NCBI RefSeq assembly: GCF_009914755.1
Contig: NC_060926.1
Reading direction: 5' to 3' (one strand)
Origin: the human T2T-CHM13v2.0 reference genome, Homo sapiens
DNA length: 64,000 nt
Both the position numbers and the translations under genes were made by a program. The number at the start of each line of letters is the position of its first letter. Position 1 is the first letter of the stretch. This document shows, one piece after another, positions 42,091-56,356 of this stretch. A model generated the notes under the pieces. That model saw nothing but the letters and a program-made list of their open reading frames with translations, was not told the DNA's origin and did not search any database.

Positions 42091-43044
42091 TAACAGTCTA
42101 AGACAGGGACAGGGAGACCACGACATGAATGAAATGTGGAACTGTGAGTGGCCAAGGTGTGCGCCCAGAGTAGGGAGCAGAGGAAGGGTCACACTGAGAA
42201 ATCTTGGGAACTTGGCCTGGCAGAGAGAGAGGCCCAGGCATGGGGCTTGGTTTATGTTGGGAATGAAGCTGAGGTCCCTTTAGGAAGAATGAGGAGGTCA
42301 TGGTGGTAAGGTGCAGTGGGGCAGGTGTCCTGGAGTCCAGGGGTGTCTCTTATACCTGGAACTGAGTAAGGAGGTCCTGGATGCCCAAAATGCTAAAATG
42401 CATAAATGGAGGGGGTGGGATGAGCATGATTCAGGAGAATGAGTCGCTGGAGCTGAAGAGAAGCAGGGATATCTGAGCAAGGGGGTAGGCAAGGAATTTG
42501 ATTTTGGACACATTGAGTTTGCAGTGTTAGTGAGTCAGCTGAGGAGCATCGTCCTATCTGAAGGCAGAGAGGAGGAGCTGGACCCCAGGGGAGAGGAGGG
42601 AAAAGCCAGGGGGAGACAAGAGGAAACTGGGCTCATCACAAGAGAAGAGTACAGGTTTAGTGGTTAATGCCATTTTGGGATAATTGTGCTTATAATGATA
42701 TAGTGTATTGTATTATATGTAATAGCATATAGCCTATTATGATAACAGAATTTAAGTGATTGCCATCATATGCTGGGTGCATTCCTGAGAGCTGAGCGCC
42801 CTTATGTCATTAATCAAACCCAGCAAGTCTCATTAACTCCATTGTTAAATGTATTGAAACCAGGTGGTGTGGGTGAGGTTGGGTGGGGGTGGTTTACTTT
42901 GAGTAAAGACACCTCTTTGAATATTATTATCTTCATCTAGAAAGTGATAAAATGTAAATAATCCATTCCTGCAAATGTTGTGTGTTGTGTGAAGAAGATC
43001 TGAGAGAGAAAGGAAAAAATATATAAATCTTTACAGTGGTTACC

Positions 43045-43338
43045 TTTTTTTTTTTTTTGAGACGAGGTCTTGCTCTGTCGCCCAGGCTGAAGTGCAGTGG
43101 CATGATCTCAGCTCACTTTAGCCTCCATCTCCTGGGTTCAGGCAATTTTCCCGCCTCAGCCTCCTGAATAGCTGGGGTTACAGGCATGCGCCACCACGCC
43201 TGGCTAATTTTTGTATTTTTAGTAGAGACAGGGTTTCACCATGTTGGCCAGGCTGGTCACAAACTCCTGGCCTCAAGTGATCCGCCCACCTTGGCCTCCC
43301 AAAGTGCTGGGTTTACAGGTGTGAGCCTGTAACCGGCC
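43045..43338 (-). mobile_element. Alu (S-type) with TSD
   Basis: TSD TACAGTGGTT at 43032-43041 and 43339-43348. Confidence 0.9.
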
Positions 43339-45513
43339 TACAGTGGTTCCATTTAGGAAGTGGAATTGAGCAGGGCAGAAGGATAGAGAAGAGGAACACC
43401 TTCCTATTTCATTTTATGCCTTGCTGGACCATGTTTTGGTTTTTTGTTTTGTTTTGTTTTTTGTTTGTTTGTTTTTTACCATGTGCATATATTTTACAAA
43501 AAAAAAATTATAAAGAAAATATATAGGAAGGTGTTGTGAAACAAATAACATGCACATAAAAGGTGATACTATTAAGGGGTCAGGAATCTCTCTCTAAATC
43601 TGTGATTTCAATGAATAAAATGAAGGTGACTGAGGCAAGATCCTGCATTTCCAGAGTGACTTGGTGTCTGGCCTGGAGAGCAGACATTGACAAGGAAAGA
43701 AATGTGGCCACAGGAGGGGCTGTGTCTCCTGCCTCCTTCCCAGGTATCTTACTAAGGGATAGAATTCGTGTTTTATTTCAACAGACACCAGGCCCCTAGC
43801 GGCCTTGGGCTCTATTCTGTGGGGGAATATAAGGCTGATCCAGTCCAGTGGGCACAGGCTTGGAAAGAGCCAGTGATAACCCAGGCAAGAGGAAGAGCAG
43901 GCCTGACGAGGCCTTTGTGGGAAAGTTGGCATTTGACCCTGACATTAAATGATGAGTGAAGTGGCACCAACAGTGTAAAAAAAAGAGGACATTCCCAGCA
44001 GAAAATACTGAAGAGAGAAAGAGGAGAAAATATGCATCACCAGAGAAGAATGATGAAAGAATGTGGCTTACTGCAGGCACCTATGAAATCGTGAGGTTCT
44101 GAGATTTTCTCCAGGAGCACGCAGCCGCTGAAGTAGTGGATGTTTAGGTTGGCTGGGAGTCTGCCAGGCATGTCCATTGAAACGACAACAGGGAATGATG
44201 TTGCATCCCTCTTGCATGTGCCACCAGCTTCACTGCAGTCCACACAAGGTGCTGCACCTTAGATTTGTCCGCACAAGGTGCTGCACCTTAGATTTCCAGG
44301 TTCCTGTCTCTATGCTGCTGAGTGGTCCTATTTCACACCCCTTGTCTGCTCCCCTTCCCTCGCTTCTCTTAAATAACACTTGACTGCTTTCCTAATAGAG
44401 ATATTTGGCCTTTAAATGCCCAAATAAATGTTCCTGGGTGGTTCCCATTCCTCGAGGCCAGCTCCAGTGCCTCCTCCTCCAGGAAGCCCTCCCTCTGCCT
44501 CCAGGAAGCCATCTCTCTGCCTTGAATCTTCCAAACACTACATCTGACTTCTCTCAGGGTGCTGGTCCCATTGCACTGTGTATTCTGCTTGTCCATGTAC
44601 AGGCCTCCTGGCCTCCTGTCCTGCACCAGGCTGTGCTCCTTGGAGACAGGGATCGAGGTTTGGATATCTTAGTGTCCCCAACAGCAGGAGTTGGCAAGCA
44701 TGAACCATGGCTGCCTCACAATCATCCAGGGAGCTTCCTCAAGGCATAGAGCCTGAGTGAGACCCACTTCTGGGGCTGGGGCTGGGATTCTGGCCTGGCT
44801 CCTGGGAGTCTCCATTTTAAGCCAGCCAGGCTTGTGATCCTCTGGCCATAGCACCCAGCCTGTTATCTTGCACAGAGTAGGGCCTCAGTTACTGTTGAAT
44901 GATACCCCATTTACAAATGAGGACATAAACAGAGAAGCACAGCCACTTGGCCCACAAGGATCAAATCAGAAGGAGGCTCCCCAGACCCTGACTCTGCAGT
45001 GATGGTTTGGGACAGACCCTTGAAGTCCCTCCTGCCCCGCTAGTCCCTAGGGGCTCATTTGAAGAGGAGCCAGGGGGTCTTCTCATTGGCTATCTAAAGA
45101 AGCTAAGGTTCCTAGAGAGGGCCAAGCTAAGTGGAGTAACTCAAGGCAAGGAGGTAGCTGACCAAGGACAAACTAAGGACTTGGGGCCATAAGAATTAAA
45201 CCCAGGCTTTGATCACACATGAAGACCCAATGTCGCTATGGAGTAGCCCTGCTTGCTGGTCACACAGCATTTTACCAAACACACCCGGGTGCAGGGCGCT
45301 CTTAACACTGGATGTGGGGAGAGGCAAGAGGACTGGGGTTCAGCCCCGGGTCAGCTGTCAGCCACACCCTGAACTGGGCAAGTCCATGGTGAACTAAACC
45401 CTTCAGGATGCACCTGCAGCTCACCTGAGAGAGACAAGACAGGTGGTTGGAGTCATGCGGCTAGGTCATGAAAGGTGGGCGAGTACTCACCCAGGTTACC
45501 TCTGCCCATGCAG

Positions 45514-45611
45514 GTTCGTGTGTGCCCAGCTACCTAACCCTGTGCTGGAGAGCATCAGCGTCATCGACACACCAGGGATCCTCTCTGGGGAGAAGCAGAG
45601 GATCAGCCGGG
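45514..45611 (+). CDS. EHD3: EHD3 exon 3 ([32 protein letters not shown])
   Basis: Acceptor atgcag|G, donor G|GTAAGC; 98 nt; G3 motif DTPG. Confidence 0.97.
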
Positions 45612-46104
45612 GTAAGCAACCTGCCTGAGGGGTGTTGGCTGTGGGCTCCATGGTTCTGGCACGTTCAGTCTCTTACATACCAGAAGAGAAGCACCCAGGG
45701 CCATGCTGTCCCTTGGTGAGCCGGCACTTCTCCTGTGCTGTGTGGGATCATTTTACCTGGGGCAGTCCTAGGCCGGGGTTGGCAGGGGTCGGGAGAGGGG
45801 AATTCAGGTCCACCGTAGCTCAGGAGATAGCTGGCCTCAGTCTTCTCATCTGTAAAATGAAGACATCAATATCAGTCTTACCTCGTTGGGTTTATTCATG
45901 CTACAAGGGGCACCTTCCATGGCCCTGATCCTGGCTTGCTTCTTAAGTTCCTGGGGAGCTTGCAGCTCTGCAGGGCAGCCAAATGCATACAGAGAAATTC
46001 AGCTCAATGGTATCAGTGCCCTGGGTCATAAGAGGAGGGAACCAGGTAGTGAAAGCACTTCAAAAACTGTTCACTACAGATAAATACAGGATAATTGCTC
46101 ATTA

Positions 46105-46375
46105 AAGGAGGTTGCCTGGTATGGTGGTTAGAAGACAGAACTCTGGAGTCAGGCTGGCAGGGTTCTAAGCCTGCCTCTGCCACTTCATAGCACAGTGACC
46201 CTCAGCAGGTTTCTTTATTTCAGTTACTTTGTCTGAAAAATGGTGTGGGGCGGTGGGGGCGGGTGGGGTGGGAATAGTATTATCCATCTTACCGAGTTGT
46301 TTGAAGATTAAAAGAAATGCTTAAGATAAAAAGCCTTTTCTGGTTGGCACATAGCAAGTACCTAGTAACCATGAG
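46105..46375 (+). mobile_element. MIR SINE carrying an internal G-run cluster
   Basis: GTGGTTAGA..ACAG.ACTCTGGAGTCAG.CTG...GCCTCTGCCACTT..TAGC...GTGACC..AGCAGGT...TGGCACATAG.AAGT. Confidence 0.7.
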
Positions 46376-46388
46376 GGATTATAGATGA

Positions 46389-46736
<348 letters not shown>

Positions 46737-48593
46737 TAGGCAGATGCTATCAAAAGCTAAAAACAACTGCTCTGGGCCCCCACCCCCAGCCTGTCCTGGC
46801 ACAGTTTGCTGAGTGTCCTGTATAGCCCACTACCCTCTCTGTGCCATGTGTTGTATCTCTGGCAAGAAAATCAGATGACGCCATGCCCACCCCAATATTG
46901 GAGCTAGTTGCCAGGGCTGGAGCCACATCAGCACTCAGAAGTCAGCCTATGGGTAAGGAAGGGCTTTGAACTGCTGGGGTTCTCTGGGAAGCAGCTAGAA
47001 CTCTTGCCTGAATGGACCTAGGTAGGTGACTGTCTGCATGTGCCTTCACCCTCTGTGCTCTGTGGCTCTGGCTGGGACACAGATCTGCCCTGCCCATGTC
47101 TGTGCCACAATAGTGGGGCCCAGAAACCTTTGCTCTTTCTGCAAGAGCATGGCCTGCCCAGGCCAGCACTGCTCACCCCAGACCCCTCAGAGGAGAGGTC
47201 ACAGCCTCATGGTGTGACAGGCCAGTGCTCCTGCAGTTGTGTATTGACGAGGCCCAAGTGGTGCAGGCCCTTGGCCCAGGTGCAGGCCACTAGTGCCAGA
47301 CCTGGGCTTCTGTCCAGTGCTCCTGTGAGCTGCCTTGGTGTCCTCTCTGCAGAAAGCAGCTCTCTTCTGATGAGGGCAGGTGTGTGGTGCAGGGCCAGGC
47401 TCGGCTCTTTGAGGCTACACTATGCCTGTGTGTGAGCTGCCATGGCTGGGAGTGGAAAGGGAAGACAGTGAGAGAGGCCCTCCAGGTCAGCAGCCTGCTC
47501 AAGGGCCAGGTTAACCCGAGTCAGCCCTCCAGGGAAGACACAGCCTGGAGTCCTCATCCTGTAGCAGGTGGGAGGGAGTGGGGAGGCTGAACATCCTGAG
47601 AGGAAAGCCCTGCCCTTCCTCCTTACCACCTCTTGCTTTGCTTAGGAGGTGAGACCTGGGAAGAAGAGGGGAAATGAAGCAACTGAGTCAGGAGGGACTT
47701 GGGAAACTGTGTTAGCAGTTCCTGTAATTGGTGGCCTGTGAATTCTGGGACATCACAGTGTCACCTGGGAAGGGGGTCTTGGAAGACTTGATCTCCTGGC
47801 TCCCTATCTCTGGGCTGTATGGTGGAGGTGATAGGGAGCTGGAACCCCTGGCCTGGGAAAATAGGGATGTCTGAGCCTCCCTCCTTCCAGCCAGCACGCA
47901 CGCTGTAAGCACCTGGCTCCCTGTTAAGGGCCCTGTGGAGGGACAGCACGGGTGGTTTTTCTGTCTTGCTTTGGTTTGTTTGCCGGAGCACCCCCTTTCT
48001 CCTAACCCACCTATTCCCAACCCCAAGTGGTTCATCTGGGGTTTACCCTGCGTTTAAGCCTGAAGGGGATTTGCTGTTTCACTCAGGCAGCTCAGGACTC
48101 CTCCAGGAAGGCTGGGGAAAGCCACCCCTTCCCAGTGTGAACTCCCTGGGGGACGTCACATGTGCACCTGCAAGGCCAGTGTAGCCTGACCAGCGGGTCC
48201 AGAGAGGACTCCAGCCTCTGCGGTTTCCAAGGACACTGTACTAGGAATTCAGAGTTCTGGGCTTTAGAACCTGTGTGTGTCTCAACAGGTCACATTTTCA
48301 GTGTCCCCATGTGTAACAAGGGGTAATGATATGTACCACACAGCCGTCTTGTGAGGTCTATAGACCATATGAAAACACGGGCCATAGCCCTGGGTCTGGA
48401 TCACCATGAGCTACCTTCCTCCCTCCCTCCCTGTCAGTTGGCACCACCTATCATACAATCCCAGAGTAATCTGTGTGAATAGTTTCCCTTGTAGTTGTGC
48501 AGTGCACAGCCTGTGCACCTGTATGTGGCAGGCTGGTTCCCAGGGACTCCTGCCTTCCTCAGTTCCTATCCTATTCTATTCTTTTCCTATTTC

Positions 48594-48815
48594 TGTTTTT
48601 GTTGTTGTTGTTGTTGTTGCTGTTGTTGTTGTTTTGAGACGGAGTCTCGCTCTGTCACCAAGCTGGACTGCAATGGCGTAATCTCGGCTCACTGCAACCT
48701 CTGCCTCCTGAGTTCAAGCGATTCTCCTGCCTCAGCCTCCTGAGTAGCTGGGACGACAGGCATGCGCCACCACACCCAGCTAATTTTTGTATTTTTAGTA
48801 GAGACGGGGTTTCAC
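48594..48815 (-). mobile_element. 5'-truncated Alu with (GTT)n tail
   Basis: Antisense right arm, linker and the end of the left arm, stopping at GGGGTTTCAC. Confidence 0.88.
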
Positions 48816-49386
48816 TACCTCTCTCCTGCCTTTGTCTTTGGACCCCAGTGACTGCCTTAAGCAAATTAGGCCCTTGGTGTTCTTGCCTGCACTTCCTAAT
48901 GCCTCCCATCCCACATTGACTAAGCACCAGGTCCCCCTACCTCTGGGAGAAATGATGGCCCCAGGAGTGGCTTTGCAGGCCAGTTTGTTTTCTGCTTTCC
49001 TGAGTCCAGACTGTAAATGCAGCTGCTGGCAAAAGCAGCCTGCGTTAAAAACAAGAGCTAGAACTGGGCTGCTGGCGCCTGGGGCGGTGCTGACCTCAGC
49101 ACCCTGAGGAGACCAGGACAGTTGGGGGAAGGGCGTCAGACACCCTCAGTTATCTGTGGTACCCCAAACGAGTAAAGTTTCCAGGGTGCAGAGCCCAACC
49201 CCTTTCTTTCTCACAATTGGCCTTAGAACACATAGCTCCAGTTTAAACTGACGCACACCTCCCCCACCCTCCCCCACCCATACCTCCTTTTACGCACACA
49301 CCCACTCCCACACCCACACATGCATACACACTCCTCACACATATCCTGCATATACACAACTCCCCTCTTCCCCACAGCAACCCCCT

Positions 49387-49388
<2 letters not shown>

Positions 49389-49422
<34 letters not shown>
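49389..49422 (+). repeat. (CA)n microsatellite at the end of a C/A-rich low-complexity tract (49250-49422)
   Basis: Directly visible. Confidence 0.95.
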
Positions 49423-49424
<2 letters not shown>

Positions 49425-52400
49425 TGTGTGCATAGAACAAAACTTGCTTTCTCATGGCTTCTTGCCTAGGGCTCCAAGAGCTCTGGGTTTGGCCACAGAG
49501 CAGACTGGGTGCTTCTCGCCTTACTCCAGCCAGCCCAGGCAAGGACCGGACACCCTTCCTCCCTGGGATAGTCCTGCCAACTATGTCCTACACGAGGGCA
49601 TCTAGAACCTGAAACTCAGCCCACCTTCTGCTCACTGAGCCTCATACCTGGCGCAGGGCTGTGTCTCACCAGATAAAAAGGGGCATGGTTATCAAGTCGG
49701 CACAGAGGCCCCTACTGGCCATATTAGACTGCCTGTTCTGCAAAGTGAGCTGCTTCCCAGGGCTCCAAGACCTCAGGCTTCACAGGAAGGAGCACTCGGG
49801 CCCCAGGCTGGACTAGGGCGGCAAAGGGTCGTCCTTGCTCAGGGTGTGGACCCTCTACTGGGCCTGGGGCGGGGTGTGTCTTGTGGGAAGAAGGCTGGGG
49901 TGCCCGGGAAGCTGATTCTGGGAGGTCCTGGGCCAGCACTTGTCTCTGGATGCAGATGCATTGGGGTGGGCAGGGGAGGAAGACAGGGAGGTGGTTCCTG
50001 GAAGTGGCAGGATGTGCCCCAGCCTGGCTCATTACTGGGAAGAAGTGAGGATGCAGCAGGAGTGGGAGGGCTCCAGAAGGCTGAGTGTCCTGAGCTTAGG
50101 AACCACATTTCCTGGCTGCTTCCCAGCTAGAAATCCCCATAGGCGCCACCTTAGGAAAGCAGGGCGGGGCTTTGTGCTCACATCACAGACTGCACAGCTT
50201 GAAGCTCCTCCCCACAGGCCCCTTTCTGCACAGGTGAGCTCAGTAAGGCCAGAGCAGGTTGAAAATTTGCCCGGATCACACATCTAGGGAACTCGGGTCT
50301 TCCTATTCCTGGTCCACGGCTTCTCAGCACATTATCATCACCTGCCCCGGAAGAGCACAGGGGGTAGGAATGAGGGCAAACCTCTCATCTCCAGGTTTCC
50401 TCTAGGGGTCTTTAGGGCTCAGACCTTGGCAGGTCTGGGCTGATCCTTGCAGCCTCACATTCCTAGCCCATCCAGGGCACCCTCATTGGAGCAGAGCCTG
50501 CACTTAAAGGCCTCTGGGTCTTCCCAGACTACGTGCCGGTACAGGCACGCCTGTGTGGGCGCTCCTGTGCCTGGGCAGAGCAGCCGAGTCCTGACGCCCT
50601 TCAAAAGGCCTTGCCAACCATCTGCTCGGGCCGCTCTTTGCCGTTACTTCTGGGAAGCATCTAATGTGGCATTTCTTCCCCGTTGTCAGCCAAACTCTTC
50701 CCACATTTTGGAAATTGATGCCTTGTTATTCCTCTTTTGCTCAAATGCCTTTAAATCTTGACGGAGATTTTTTTGGGGAGGGATGGGGTTTTGTATGTAC
50801 CCACCGCAAGTAAGTGCCTGGTTTGAGGGCTCAGCCTCTGAGCTTCAGGCTCACATGGCTGTGAGCTGTTATAGAAAGAGAATGTGGGCTGCAAGTCAAG
50901 GAGCTGGGTTCCAGGCCTGAGTTTGCCACCACCTGGCTGTGTGAGCTTGGGCAAGCCCCTTAATCTCTTTGTGTCCAGATTCCCTGTCCTGTAAGATGTG
51001 TATGCCCTACTTACCTCCTGGGATACAGAGAATTATGAAGAGCGAATGAGGTCACGTGGCTGGAAACCCGAAGAAGTATGCTGCCCTGTGAGGGCCCAGG
51101 CACTGCATGCCAGACCATGATGGAAGCCGGCGGGTGAGGAAGGGGTGGCTTTCCTTACTGTGTTTGTCTGATTGATTTCCTCTTGCCTGGCATTACTTCA
51201 AAGTGCTTTCTTTCCAGTCATCTGGAGCCTCCGGTTGGAGGGGACCATAGATCCCTGCAGGCTGCCCAGTCTCCAGGCCCGGAGCTGGCTGACTAGACCT
51301 CTTAGAGCCAGCAGACTTGTGCTATGAAGTCCAGGAAGGGCAGCTTCTCTGCTCTGTCTCTTGGGGCTTGAATCTCCCCCGACTCACTAGTCCATATTTC
51401 ATGAACACTTGGGCTGCCGCAGGTGCCCAAGAGCTACCGTTGTGGGTCTCAGAGCCATCGCTGGGACCAGAGAGGGGAAGGGGGCCTGTCACTGGCCATA
51501 GCACTCACCGCAGCTGCTGAGGCAGTCTGTGCTGTCAGATCTTGTTGCCACAGCTCTACCACAGAGTCCTCATTCAGCTCTACCACAGACCCCTCATTCA
51601 GTCATTTGTTATCCCTATTTTGCAGCTGAGAAAATTGAGGTTCAGATTTGCCAAATAAATGAGAAAGCTAATCCTATACCATACCCTTTTTCTTACTGGG
51701 TCCAGTCCATACCTTTGAGATACCGCCATTCCTAGATCTGCACCTAAGTCCAGGCCAAGTGAACAACTAAATATCCACCCTACAGATGACACAGCCTCGG
51801 GGTTAGCCAGGAGCAGGGAAGTCGAGCTTCAGAGCAACCCATGGAGTCATTGCTTGATGGTCATGGTCTTCACAGCCACACCTGGCTGGAAGCTTCTGGC
51901 ATTACTGAGTCTGTAATTGGATAGCAGCTTTCCAGAGCAAATAGGAGGCCTCTGCTTATAAAATCACGGAAAGAGTTCCCAGAAGCCCTTGGCCTGTCCT
52001 CAGGCAGAGGCAGACTTCACACAGGCATCCCCGAGGCCTGTAAGACAGCAGCCTGCAGCCTCTCTCTCTTGCTGTGCCTGCAAAGGGTCCCTTGTGGCTA
52101 ATCTCCATCCATCCTGTTGTACTCCCCACCCTCACACCTCTGGTCTCAGATGCAGAGAATTGTGAACCGAGAAAGGAAGCTCGGAGGTTGTCCAGCTCAA
52201 TCCCCTGATTTGACAGGCAAAGAGACAGAGGACTAGAGAGGGGAGATTCTTGCCCAAGGACACACAGTAAGTTAGTGGCTAAGCGGAAACGAGAGGTGGA
52301 CTCACCCAGGCCAGTGCTCCTCTGGTGACTCCTACAGAGCACATCCCATCTCATAGAAACTAGGGCTTAAAAGGAGTGCTTTACAAAAAACAGCAGGGCA

Positions 52401-54912
52401 ATGAGAACAGCCAAGGTCACAGCTCAGCAGTTTCACCTGCATCCTCTGATTTGTTTAGATCCTCACAATAACCCTACGACTGAGTCACTGATTCCTCAAC
52501 CATAAAACTGAGGCCCAGAGATTACTCATTTACTGTCTCCCAGATGCCAAACGTGGAACAGGTTTCCACGTTTTCCACGTTTCACTTCCGTTCAGCAAAT
52601 ACTGATAGTGCACCTGCTGTGTGCCACACACCGTGCTGGGTGCAGGGGAAGCCCAGAAGGGTGAGGTGCTGCCCCTGCCCTGTCCAGCTCCCAGTGCACC
52701 GAGGATGATTTCAGTGAGCTGAAGAGCAGAACAGGAGCGTGCATGATGCTACAAGACCACTGAGGGCAGGGACAGGGATAGGCAGGGGTCTATCCTGTTC
52801 TGGCAGCATGGACATATTGCTGCCCCTCAGCCTTTGCAGACACAGCCTTCTCTTACATCGCTGGTGTCATCAGGGATTGCAGCAAGTTGCAGGGACAGAG
52901 CCTCTTCCCTTCTCTGCAGCTTCTCTGGTGTCTTTGTTTTCCCCAGCCTGGTGGAGGCGTGGCTACAGTGCAAGAGTTGAGTTTGGAGTTCAGGTCTTGG
53001 CTCTGACCCCCAGCATTGCATGGCCTTGGGCCTTTCTCTCACCCTCTATAAACCTCCATTACCTTGTCAGCATAGGACTCAACACTGGCTGCCCTGGCTG
53101 CCTTAGCCTGTTCTGAGCCATTGAGCCAATATATTGGGGCTGAGATTTGCTGGACAGGTGAGAGGGAGCTGCAGCCCAGTCTTGGTCCTCCCAGCAGCCC
53201 CTCCTGTGGCCTGCACTGGCACAGCTAAAATCCAGATTGGGGAATAAGGAGCAGCAGAAGGCCAGAGGCCTGGCAGGGAGTTGTGGAGGGTCCCTACTGC
53301 CCTCCTGCTGTGAGCTGTTTGCAGAGGTGGGGGTTGGGGATTTTCTTAGCCCTCTGGCCCCTCCCTACCCACAGCTCTGAGGGACTGCCTTTGGGAGGTG
53401 ACAGCAGCCTTGCCATGCGCTGTGCTGAAGGGAAGATAAAAATAGGCTGGAGCCATCCCTGGGAAGGGAAGGATGGACAGAGGGATGTAGGAAGGAGGGG
53501 AGTAGTGCGGGCTGCAGGCTTCACCTGAAGTGGGAATGCTTAGGCTTCCCGGGCTCCAGTGAGGAGCTGGCTGTGCCTGCGTGCCAGGGAGGGAGGGAGG
53601 GAGGCAGGGAGCGGCCAGGTGCAGAACGGCTGGATGGCTGACAGCTGGGTCATCTGGCCTCACGACTTGCCAACTGTTTGACTCTCTCCTCTCTGAACCT
53701 CAGTTTCCTCCCCTGGAAGTGAGAACGATACTCCTCGCGCTGCCTGCCTCAGAGCGTGTCGTGAGGGTGACATGAGATAATGACATGAACATCTTACCGT
53801 CTGCAGCAAGCACTGAACTTCGAGTTGGAGGCTAGGGGTCGTGTCTCATGGGTGGTATTGGCTGAGTCACTTAACTCCTAGAGTTTGCGTGAACATCTCC
53901 GAGGGAGGGTTGATGATGCCCCTGCCCACTGGGCAGAGCAGCCTCTGAAGCACTTTCCTGGGCCTTGTCTCTGAGCCGAGACAGGACACCTGTGTTCAAA
54001 AGAGAAGGCAAAATCTAGTTCACACCAGGCCCTCGATGACGCACCCATCAGGAACTATCCTCAGGATGGCACCTGGAGATACTGGGCCAGCTCTGCCCCT
54101 TCCTGAGCCTCAGTTTCCCTATCTGTAAATCAGGAAGTTGGACCATTGATGGCTAAGCTCCTCGTAGCCTCATAGGTCTACGCCACAGGAGCAGGGGGAG
54201 AAGGCTCAGGTGTTAGTTGAGCTGTATATTCATTGAGCAGCTAACAGATCTTGGAGAAAATCACATGGCAATGGGAATGCTTGGAAGCACTTCATTTACC
54301 AAAGACAGAGGAGCTGAAAATGGAGTAGTACTGGCATCCGGGTAACCAAAGGAGGGTTTGACCTTCCTTTGTTTGTTAGAATTCTCTTACAGCCACCAGG
54401 GAAACATTACAGGGGTCCTCCAGGAAGCTTTAGGGCAGCAAGTTTTCCCGACCGTCTGATCCCATCCCCCTACCCCCTGTGGCAGTGCCTCCACACGTCC
54501 TAAATATGTACCCCACTGGGTGTTCACTAGATGCCACAGGGTGGGGGAAAGGCTTTTTAAACCTAGCTCCGTTGGCTCCATTCATCCTCATCCCCCACCC
54601 CATCGATGCCTGCTACTTAGTCTGAAATGACAGCCTTTGAAAGTGAAAGCCAACTCGGTGCAGTGGTTCATAGCACTGACTCCAGGGCTACCTTCCTGGA
54701 CTTGAGTCCCAGCCCATTGCTTACCAGCTGGGTGACCTTAGACAAGTTCCTTTATCTGTTTGTATCTCTGGTTACTCCTCAGAGAAGTGGGGCTGATATT
54801 AGTGTCTAATGACCCTACACAGAGTCATCGTGAGGATTAAAGGAATGAATGATTATAAAGTACTTAGGTCAGTGCTGAACACCTTTTGAATGCTATTGTT
54901 ATTTTTATGGGC

Positions 54913-55085
54913 CAGTGGTATTCAAAGTGTGGCCCTTGGACCAACAGCATCAGAATCTCCTGGGAGCTTGTTAGAAATGCTCTGCGCCAGACCTACTGAA
55001 TCAGAAACTTTGGGGATAGAGTCCAACCATCTGGGTTTTAAGAAGCCCTGGGGGGATTCTGATGGAGGCTAAGTCAGGACCCCTG
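54913..55085 (+). mobile_element. MER5A hAT-Charlie MITE
   Basis: CAGTGGT.TTCAAAGTGTGG.CC..GGACCA.CAGCATCAG.ATC.CCTGGGAGCTTGTTAGAAATGC...CCAGACCTACTGAATCAGAAAC. Confidence 0.8.
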
Positions 55086-55918
55086 TTAAAGACAGTCAGA
55101 GCTTCTTAAGTCTGACTCACTCACAAGGCAGTTGCCTGATGATCTTGCCTGGTCTCTAGCCTCCCTCTGTGAGGCAGGGCAGGCTTTTTCCTAATGATTT
55201 GGTTTCCCATTCGATGGTGGCAATGAGCTTTGGGTCCCCAGTGTGTGTCACCTTGGAACCCTTGTGCTATGGGGAGCCAGGATGGTTGGTCACTTTAGTA
55301 CCCAGGAAAGGGCTCCTACCTTGGTGCCAGAGGTATGCCACGGGGGAGTGGCAGGAGGAGAGGCTGAGAACCCTGCTCAGACTCAGAATGGGAAAGCCTA
55401 ACACCTCCATCTTCATGCGACTGCTGCTGCTCATGGGCTGTGTGCCCTTCGACAAATCACTTGACTTCTCTGAGCCCCACTTCCTTATCTCTTGTCTTCC
55501 TATTTTATGTAAGAGGAGCCTGAGACACAGAGGTAAGACCTACTGGGGCTCTGGGTGTCAGTGAATGTATAGACTGTTGGTCCACCCTCCTACTTCAGCT
55601 CCTACTGGATCCACAGCTACTTGGGATTGAGCAGAACAACTTCTCTGGGGCTCCTGTAACCAGTCTGACCTAAAGCAGCTTAGTGCTAGATAACCAAGAT
55701 GCGGGTGGCCAGAGTTCCAGTCACATCCTAAGGAAGAAACCCCTTGTGGTTTCAAGAGTTGGGAATTTTGTGCTGCAGCTGATTACAAAGGAAAGAGCCT
55801 GAGTGAGAACAAGATGTTTTTATAACAAGAATTGCAGATTTCTTCCAGACCAGTGACAGGCATGGTCTGAACCATCATCAGTATCTACTTTTTAGTGTTT
55901 CATTGTTTTCAGACCTTA

Positions 55919-56356
<438 letters not shown>

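Noticed and set aside
44238-44295. Palindromic ~29-bp direct repeats as a CRISPR-like array
   Set aside because: Only two abutting copies, no spacers, eukaryotic intron, no cas genes
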